Below, piece after piece: positions 56,789 to 64,000 of a stretch of 64,000 bases of DNA. A program made the translations under genes and the position numbers. Under the pieces are notes generated by a model that was given only the letters and a program-made list of their open reading frames with translations, was not told the DNA's origin and made no database searches. This DNA comes from Schizochytrium sp. TIO01. Its lineage: Eukaryota > Protista > Bigyra: Labyrinthulomycetes. The stretch is from NCBI GenBank assembly GCA_004764695.1, contig SMSO01000014.1, positions 6,500,029-6,564,028 on the forward strand, given 5' to 3'. Numbering within the stretch: the stretch's first letter is position 1; each line of letters starts with the position of its first letter.

Positions 56789-57639
56789 ATAGTGTGGCTA
56801 TCCCATCTTGAATCGTACGCGCCACGCCAAGAAACCTGCGGTTATTATTTCAAGTTCATTTTGCCTTGCGTTCTCAGCACAATTCATTAGCCAACTTTAA
56901 AATTATCATCATCTAGATTCTGTTTTTCCATTGCAGTTCTCCCCTGCACATCAATTCGTGCCTTGTGATTCGAGACATCCAAAACCAGTCACAAACCTAC
57001 AAAATGATTGCCAAGTATAACGCGATACAACCCAATCATTGTCTATTGAGTTATAGCCAACGGTTTCTTGGAGACTTTGATCGAAAGCGTGTCTTTAACT
57101 CCGTTGTACCTACTTTATCTTCCACTTTTCACTGTAGTCCCCCAGGAGTCCGAATGACCCAAACCTACAAATCTCGCCACCGTTGAAGTGGTCTATTTGG
57201 ATAAATAGGCCTTTTCCAGTTTCGTCCTGCCACTCGCTTCTCCTATACTATTACCCTTTCAAGTAGCCAGCCATCTACTACCTTGGTCCTAGAGGATACT
57301 AAGTACCTGCTAGGCAACCTGCTCTTTTATTATCATTTCGAAGAATCGTTTGTTAGGTTCATTTGTTTCATTGCAATAAGCATCACTGCCATGCTCAGTC
57401 TAATCTTGCTGGGTTATTGACGTTGGATGTTTCTAGACTTTGCACGGCAGGACCATTTGAGCCCAATAGTGCAACCTCTCTTGGCGAACGTTTGTAGTCC
57501 ATAGCGAAATTTCAATTGGCATTTTTACAAAAGATGACTAGCTGATCTGCTAGGAAGAACAATACTAGTATGTCGTTATGTAGAGGATAGGTAGATAGTA
57601 GTAGTAGAATAGGGATGAATGAAATGTTTTATGTTTATA

Positions 57640-57696
57640 ATGATTTTATGATTTTATGATTTTTGGATGATTTGGACGATTCGATGATTTGGATGA
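57640..57696. repeat. Degenerate (ATGATTTT/GGATGATTT) short tandem repeat upstream of AP-3 beta
   Basis: atgattttatgattttatgatttttggatgatttggacgattcgatgatttggatga. Confidence 0.7.
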
Positions 57697-57754
57697 AACC
57701 AAATCGACCTCTCCTGTAGGCAGCGCACTCGCTCTCCATCACTTGGCAGGGACG

Positions 57755-60700
57755 ATGCACCGCCCATCGATGGTGCTGAGCACAGGCGATAGCAGGTTCT
57801 TTGAGGAGTCTGTGAACGCTGGTCGCCTGCGTGGTCTGCTTGCGGGCAGGTCTCACAATGCCGCAAGCGGCGTGCAGGAGCGAACGCAAGCCATGAAATG
57901 GCTTCTCGCCATGGTCAGCAAGGGGCGCGACGTCAGCCAATTTTTCCCCGACGTGGTGAAAAATGTGGTTGTGCGTTCAGTGGAGCTCAAGAAGCTCGTT
58001 TACGTCTACCTTATGCACTACGCAGACCATGATGCCACATGCAGAGACCTCGCGCTGCTCTCCATTAACTCCTTTCAGAAGGACCTTGCAGATGGGAACC
58101 CACTTATTCGTGCACTGGCCTTACGAACAATGACTTCAATCAGAGTTCGAGATATTGTTCAACTGCAAATCATGGCTGTTCAAAAATGCGCAGGAGACAG
58201 CTCAGTTCATGTGCGGAAGGCGGCGGCCTACGCGTTGCCAAAGATCTTCAGCCTGGACAAGTCGACGGCAGATGAACTGATCACTTTGATTGTGAAACTG
58301 CTCGACGACCACTCAAACATGGTGGTGGGTAGCGCTGTGGCAGCATTTCAGGAGATTTGCCCGCAGCGGTTTGACCTAATTCACCCAAACTTTAGACGTT
58401 TGTGCACCATGCTGCCGGACATGGAAGAGTGGAGCCAGGTCATACTTATTTCAGTGCTCACAAAGTACTCGCGAGAATTCTTCTTTAGACCATCAGTACT
58501 ACTGGCACCAGCTGTAAGAGCGGGAACTGCAGTAGACGGAGCAAACGCAAAGGGAAGTCAATTTTCAAGCCATGCATACCATGGTGGAGGTTATGCCTCG
58601 AATGGAGCGCCGTTGATTTCATCAGCACCTTCAAAAGCACGGAAGCTCCCTACAGCTCGCGAATTGTCCACATTCTATGCGTCTGATGACGATACTGAAA
58701 AGGAAAAGCCTCTAAAGCTTGGCGAGGAAACTGAAGAAGAGCAACATCAGGAAGTCGAGAAGGCGTCTGCTGCTTCGGGGGGTGCAAATGGAGCAGATAA
58801 TTCTATTAGTGCGAGTAAAGAAACTGACGAGGACGTGGAGAGTGTACCAGTAGACCGTCCTCTAGAGCCAGATCATCGCCACATGCTCAAGACATGCATG
58901 CCCTTGCTACTGAGCCGGAATAGTGCTGTTGTTCTAGGAGCCGTCACGATGATGTGGTATTGTGGGAAACGTTCTGATGCAGCAATGGGCAAGATCGCTG
59001 CAGCTCTTGTTCGTCTCCTTAACTCTCCACGCGAAGTGCAATATATGGCACTTCAAGCTATCGTGCCTATTGCAAGCGATGCTCCTCAGTTTTTTCGCCC
59101 GTACCTGGAGTCGTTTTTTGTGAAAACAGCCTCGGACGCCTCATTTGTTCGGATTGCCAAGGTAGATGTGCTAACACTTCTCGCACATGAAGATAACGTC
59201 GACTCAATCCTCACAGAATTTGAAGTTTACCTGTCTCACCCAGACAAACGTTTTGCATGCAGTGTCATTCATGCCGTAGGTCGTTTGGTCAATGCCATGC
59301 CAAACCTTGCGGACCGCTGCCTTCGGGGCTTGGTTTCTCTAATGACATCCCCCGATGCATCTGTCGTCGGAGAAGCCGTTGTGGTCACACGTACTGTGCT
59401 TCAACAACACCCAGACCACTCGACCATGGTTCGACGTTTGGTGCGCATGTTGGATCAAACTAGTATTCCGTCTGCGCGCGCTTCAGTGGTGTGGATTGCT
59501 GCAGAGTTTGTGCACTTTGTGCCTGATATCGCCCCTGAAGTACTCCGCAAATTGGCGCTTTCGTTTGGAACGGAAGCACCAGCTGTCAAAGCTCAGATTG
59601 TAAACCTCGCTGTACGCTTGCACATGGCCTTTGAGACCCCTGAGAGATTTGATATTCAGAAGCATCTCGACGAGAAGACACTTGCGGCTGCTCGTGAAGC
59701 TGTTGGTAAGCTTCTTGAGTATATCTTGGAGCTCGCAAGGTTCGATTCTAGTTATGACTTACGTGACCGAGTTCGCCTGTTGCGATCTCTACTTAGTAAA
59801 GATAACTTCAAACCTTTGGCAACACAAGTATTGCTCGCAGCCAAACCCCCACCCAACGTTCAAATGATTGAATCCACAGTAGTGGTTGACCCTCAAGCCC
59901 GGTTTGCTTTTGATTCTCTCTCGCACTGTGTGGGCCACAGTGCACCAGGCTATCGGGCTCTCGTCGACTGGCCTGCCACGCGGTCAACGGATAACCTTCG
60001 CGAGCCCAAAGACACTTCTCGAGGTTACACTAGTGCCGCGTCTACGTCTGTCGCACCCCGGCAGTTTTACAACGAATCGAGTGACGATGAGAGTGGGAGT
60101 AGCGTTGCAAGTAATGGGCGCTCGCACCGATCCGGCTCTGTATCTTCCTCAAGGTCTTCGTCGTCATCTGGTTCTTCATCTTCAGGCTCTAGTTCAGGCT
60201 CTTCACGGTCGAGGTCTGGTAGCGAATCGTCATCGGGCTCTAGCTCTAGCTCATCAAGCGCTACGGAAGCGAACAGAGAGAACGGGTCTGCTAAACATGC
60301 CGAAGTTGACGATGTCTTGGCCATGTTCGATTCCTACGCACCGGGACAAAAACAAGCCACTACCAAGCCGATGGAACCTTTAGCACACGAGCCTGCTTCT
60401 ACGGCTTCTACATTAGGAACCAATTGGAGCCAGTTTGCAAATGATGCTGCGGCTGCTGACAATAGACCACGATACACCGTCCTTAGTGCAGTACATGGGG
60501 ACGGTCTTCGGGCCGAAGCGGTTTTTACGCGTGCTCCATCGACCTACAAGCAGAATATGAACGAGGTTTTACTTTATGTAACAAATTCTCGTTCGCAAGC
60601 GATGACTGGAATTCGAATTACTCACTTGCGGCTGAGTGATGACCAGGAACTCATTCCTTTTCCGGAAATCTCCACTCTCCCACCGGGCGCCACCGAGCAA

Positions 60701-61147
60701 GTAACTATCCATGCTGATTTTGGCGGTAAATCAAAAGCACCTCTCAAGTTTAGTATTTCTAATGATCGTGGTGCCTTCCCAGCAAGCCTTTCTGCACCAG
60801 GTGGCGAACTTCTGGTGCCTGCGCCAGAGCTTCTCGAGGAAGAAAAGTTCACTAAAATGCAAGCTCAACTTTCAGGAATGCACGAAGCAAAGCGCACTTA
60901 TAGCCCTGCTCAGGCTGAGTTGCTTGGTAACTTGACCTACGAAGACTTAGCGGCGAGGGTTTATCGTGCTGCAAATGTCGCCACGGCGTGCTTTGCAGAG
61001 GGCACTCTTGTAGCGGCAGGGCACAAGCTTGCACGGGATAAGGTTTCTGTGCTTATCTCTCTTGAGGCCGCTCAGATTAGAGTAGGATCTGATGATTTTC
61101 TTCTTGCAGCTACTCTTTGTGACGATTTGCTCAGTCAAATTTTTTAA
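57755..61147 (+). CDS. AP3B: AP-3 adaptor complex subunit beta (first in-frame ATG; a small upstream exon is possible, acceptor-like ctcctgtag at ~57711-57719)
   Basis: AMKWLLAMVSKGRDVSQFFPDVVKNV, KKLVYVYL, LALLSINSFQKDL, DMEEWSQV, ARFDSSYDLRDRVR, Ser/acidic hinge, C-terminal ear domain. Confidence 0.95.
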   Translation: MHRPSMVLSTGDSRFFEESVNAGRLRGLLAGRSHNAASGVQERTQAMKWLLAMVSKGRDVSQFFPDVVKNVVVRSVELKKLVYVYLMHYADHDATCRDLALLSINSFQKDLADGNPLIRALALRTMTSIRVRDIVQLQIMAVQKCAGDSSVHVRKAAAYALPKIFSLDKSTADELITLIVKLLDDHSNMVVGSAVAAFQEICPQRFDLIHPNFRRLCTMLPDMEEWSQVILISVLTKYSREFFFRPSVLLAPAVRAGTAVDGANAKGSQFSSHAYHGGGYASNGAPLISSAPSKARKLPTARELSTFYASDDDTEKEKPLKLGEETEEEQHQEVEKASAASGGANGADNSISASKETDEDVESVPVDRPLEPDHRHMLKTCMPLLLSRNSAVVLGAVTMMWYCGKRSDAAMGKIAAALVRLLNSPREVQYMALQAIVPIASDAPQFFRPYLESFFVKTASDASFVRIAKVDVLTLLAHEDNVDSILTEFEVYLSHPDKRFACSVIHAVGRLVNAMPNLADRCLRGLVSLMTSPDASVVGEAVVVTRTVLQQHPDHSTMVRRLVRMLDQTSIPSARASVVWIAAEFVHFVPDIAPEVLRKLALSFGTEAPAVKAQIVNLAVRLHMAFETPERFDIQKHLDEKTLAAAREAVGKLLEYILELARFDSSYDLRDRVRLLRSLLSKDNFKPLATQVLLAAKPPPNVQMIESTVVVDPQARFAFDSLSHCVGHSAPGYRALVDWPATRSTDNLREPKDTSRGYTSAASTSVAPRQFYNESSDDESGSSVASNGRSHRSGSVSSSRSSSSSGSSSSGSSSGSSRSRSGSESSSGSSSSSSSATEANRENGSAKHAEVDDVLAMFDSYAPGQKQATTKPMEPLAHEPASTASTLGTNWSQFANDAAAADNRPRYTVLSAVHGDGLRAEAVFTRAPSTYKQNMNEVLLYVTNSRSQAMTGIRITHLRLSDDQELIPFPEISTLPPGATEQVTIHADFGGKSKAPLKFSISNDRGAFPASLSAPGGELLVPAPELLEEEKFTKMQAQLSGMHEAKRTYSPAQAELLGNLTYEDLAARVYRAANVATACFAEGTLVAAGHKLARDKVSVLISLEAAQIRVGSDDFLLAATLCDDLLSQIF

Positions 61148-62599
61148 GTCTTCTTTCATGCACTTATCTATTCTGAGATTCGCTACTGAAAAGTCTCTTC
61201 GAATACCATACATGGTGTAGTAATCATTGCAAGTGCGGTGGTACCCAAAATTAATCTAGTCTCCCCATCACATAAGAACTCCACTGAAATTGCGCCTGTG
61301 CTCCTTTACAGACACATATTTTCCAACAATGCTATAATTTCTCTTTTAGTTACTTATTTTGCAAAGGATTTGTAATTAGCATCTTGCTTGACCCTTGATC
61401 CGACCTAAAAGGTTTGCTCCGCGGTTTTGTTCAAGAAACCAGCTTGGTTAGCAGTTTGCACGTGCCAGCGCGATCGACACCGATCTCTCGGCGATCTACG
61501 TCTGTTGTAAATACCCAACTGCCATGCACCAAAAAAGGTTATGTCTCTTAACATTGTGTAACTTCTTTGGCGGGCAAAGCGTCACTTTCGTCTCATGTAC
61601 ACTATGTGCTGTTTCAGTTGGCGATGCCATTCGATAATTATTTTCTTTCCGCTGCACTTCCTTCTCATCTACAATTTCATCCGCCGCGACGGTCTTTCTT
61701 ACCTTACCCTCGCCAACCGACAGCAAGCCATACTTCGAGTCCGTGCACTTCTCAATTAATCTACAAGCCACAGCTGCATGGACGCCTGGCCTTTCGTCAT
61801 GCCTCTGTAGCTGGCCTCGTGTACCCACTACCTTCACTCAGTTCTGCGGAGCCTGTGATCGAATCGCTGTGAGCACCAATCACAAAAAAATAATTAGCTG
61901 CAGCCTCCAATAAAAAGTGAGAATAAAAAATCTCATGCAATGGTGAGGACTGGCATCATCAAATGCAATGAGTTTATTGGAAACTGGCCCAACGCCTTGA
62001 CGAGTATCTGGTCGAAGGAATTCGAGATTTAGTCGTCAGAAGCAAACCTTAAATATACAAGCAGAAATTATTCTAAACAGCACTTTGAACAGCAACCCAC
62101 AAAGATTCCAATACCAAAAACCAAAACACAAACGTCAGCAGTTTTGAGCCGCAGTTGCGATCTCCCAAGCTTTCCGCAGCAGAATCTCACAACCGAAGGA
62201 TACGGGTGTTGAAATAATCACTTGAAATGGCTCCTTCCTGAGAGAAAATGAACAAGCGTAAGTTTTGTTTTAACTTGAATATTGGAAAGAGCAGAAAGAA
62301 CAGAACAACCCAAAACAATTATCATTCAAGATTGAAAAAATCGAAAACAAAGCAATTAAGAAATACGCGCTCATACGTCGCAGTTCTGGCGGCAAAGAGA
62401 GAGGCGCCGGGCACCAACCGCAGTCTGCCAAGTGGCCTGCCTGCCGTGCGAGATCCTAGAGGAGGTCCTCGCGGCCGCAAAAACAAAAACAAAAAACTGC
62501 AGTCAGCTTGGCTTGAATCTCCCAGGTCAGATCGGCTTGCTTCACAGCTTCTAGTAAGCAGCACGGGAACACGAAGTTAAGTAACCTGCAGGAGCAACG

Positions 62600-63913
62600 A
62601 TGTCGCTCGCGCAATTCATGGCATCAATGATGGGCACCTCGTGCCCGTGTCTGGTGACATGGCTTCCCGTGGAGCAAGACCACCGCGGCAGCGATGACGA
62701 CGAGGAGGTCCGTGTGCGGCTCAAGAGTGACCAAGATGTGGTGAGCCAGAGCAGCATGGTACGCCAGGACGACGAACTTCGCGTGAGACCTGCCTCGGGA
62801 ATGTCTTCTAGGTCTGCAAGATCCCTAGCCTCCTCTTCATCTTCGTCATCGTCCAGTTCCCCGTCGCCCTCACCACCTCCTTTCACCGCGAGACGAAGCA
62901 GCCTCGAAATGCGTAGTTCACAGCAGGATTTGCAGCAGGATTCGATGAAGCAGGACTTCGCAAAACAAGAGTTCACAAAGCAGGACTCCTCAAAGCACGA
63001 TATTGCAAAACATGTCACAACGAAACAGGACTCCATGAAGCTTGATGTGCAACCGCTGCCGCAGAAGAATGTTGAGTCACAACCTGTGAATTCGGGGGAC
63101 GACGAGAATGCATTCGGAGCTGACGAGGATTTTGTGGAGGAGAGTTGGAGCGATGAGGACTTTGAGGATAATGGGGACTTTGGACATGAAGATGATGGGA
63201 ACAACAAATGTGAAAATGTCACAGATGCCCAAAACCTGCTCAAGAAGGATGATGAGAAAGAGACAGTTGAGGAGAGCTGGAGTGACGAGGACTTTGATGG
63301 TGATGGTGATGGTGACTTTGGACATGGAGATGTTGAGAACGAAAAACCTGAAAATAGCATGGCGATTCAAGACCTTCTCAAGAAGGATGACGACCTAGAG
63401 AACAAACAAACAAGTGTGGGGCTTGTCGGAGATCAAGTAGAAGCTGTGGAGGTGCCTGTGGTCCGCGCGCCGCCACCGGCGCCTATCCCAATGGCCATCA
63501 AATCCCTCGGACGCTCAAACTTGTCGCTTGCTCGGCAGCCCAGTGAGGAGCAGGATATCTTTGGCACATACAGCGACAACATCGAGCAGCAGATCGAGGA
63601 AGACGATAAGAAGGACCGTGACGCTGCTTTGGCCATGTTTGCAGAGCTTGGAATGGGCAGCGCCCCAGACACTAGCCGCCTCATTGCTCCCAAGGCCAAG
63701 CCTGCCCTTGTGCAGGCAGCACCAAAACCAAGCCAACTTCTTTCCGCAGCTCTTGACTTTGACTCACCTGCTGGCGCTGGCTGGGGTGACGACGATGAAG
63801 TCGCTAACGGTAAATCTGGAGGTTGGGGTGATGACAACGAGTTGGGGGATGATGATATTGATCTAGATGCTATGGATGAAGGCGACCTTGACCGCTACCT
63901 TGAAGACAACTAA
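62600..63913 (+). CDS. Acidic, largely disordered protein with N-terminal Cys pair, KQD pentad repeats, a duplicated ~44-aa unit and Trp-acidic motifs
   Basis: 437-aa ATG ORF; SCPCLVTWL; QDSMK QDFAK QEFTK QDSSK; EESWSDEDF..GDFGH..LLKKDD x2; GWGDD x2. Confidence 0.75.
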   Translation: MSLAQFMASMMGTSCPCLVTWLPVEQDHRGSDDDEEVRVRLKSDQDVVSQSSMVRQDDELRVRPASGMSSRSARSLASSSSSSSSSSPSPSPPPFTARRSSLEMRSSQQDLQQDSMKQDFAKQEFTKQDSSKHDIAKHVTTKQDSMKLDVQPLPQKNVESQPVNSGDDENAFGADEDFVEESWSDEDFEDNGDFGHEDDGNNKCENVTDAQNLLKKDDEKETVEESWSDEDFDGDGDGDFGHGDVENEKPENSMAIQDLLKKDDDLENKQTSVGLVGDQVEAVEVPVVRAPPPAPIPMAIKSLGRSNLSLARQPSEEQDIFGTYSDNIEQQIEEDDKKDRDAALAMFAELGMGSAPDTSRLIAPKAKPALVQAAPKPSQLLSAALDFDSPAGAGWGDDDEVANGKSGGWGDDNELGDDDIDLDAMDEGDLDRYLEDN

Positions 63914-64000
63914 TATCAAACAAACCAAATCGAAACGACAAAAATTAACCTGTCGCCTGCCTGTTGATAAACACATTGACGTTTGAATGATTGGTTATTT

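Noticed and set aside
17-61147. A lysosomal-trafficking gene cluster (GNPTAB plus AP-3 beta)
   Set aside because: Over 50 kb apart with unrelated genes between; no evidence of functional clustering

Overview
Eukaryotic, intron-poor protist DNA, not prokaryotic: it has AP-3 beta, BUD23, GNPTAB, a PLC-like gene, microsatellites and multi-kb spacers. Gene style suggests a stramenopile, probably a thraustochytrid/labyrinthulomycete (inference). Gene order: GlcNAc-1-phosphotransferase (GNPTAB-like), PTS2-bearing MaoC protein, coiled-coil protein, myristoylated pseudo-PLC, fused TrpE(G) anthranilate synthase, a ~2060-aa PAN/Cys-rich type I membrane protein broken by three +1 frameshifts, BUD23, a repeat-rich ~4.8 kb spacer, a secreted LEA-like protein, an array of six NADPH-type CAD/YahK-like Zn alcohol dehydrogenases (five tandem on -, one inverted on +), AP-3 beta, and an acidic motif-rich protein. 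The most notable signal is the ADH array. Its cores are nearly identical (gene-conversion-like) while putative pocket segments differ in every copy, two copies carry distinct terminal tags, and a duplicated non-coding module densely packed with CACGACA motifs lies ~1.1 kb past two of the genes. The supplied ORF track allows TTG/GTG starts, so several starts were moved to ATG. All homology calls are from motif recognition by eye, with no database search.
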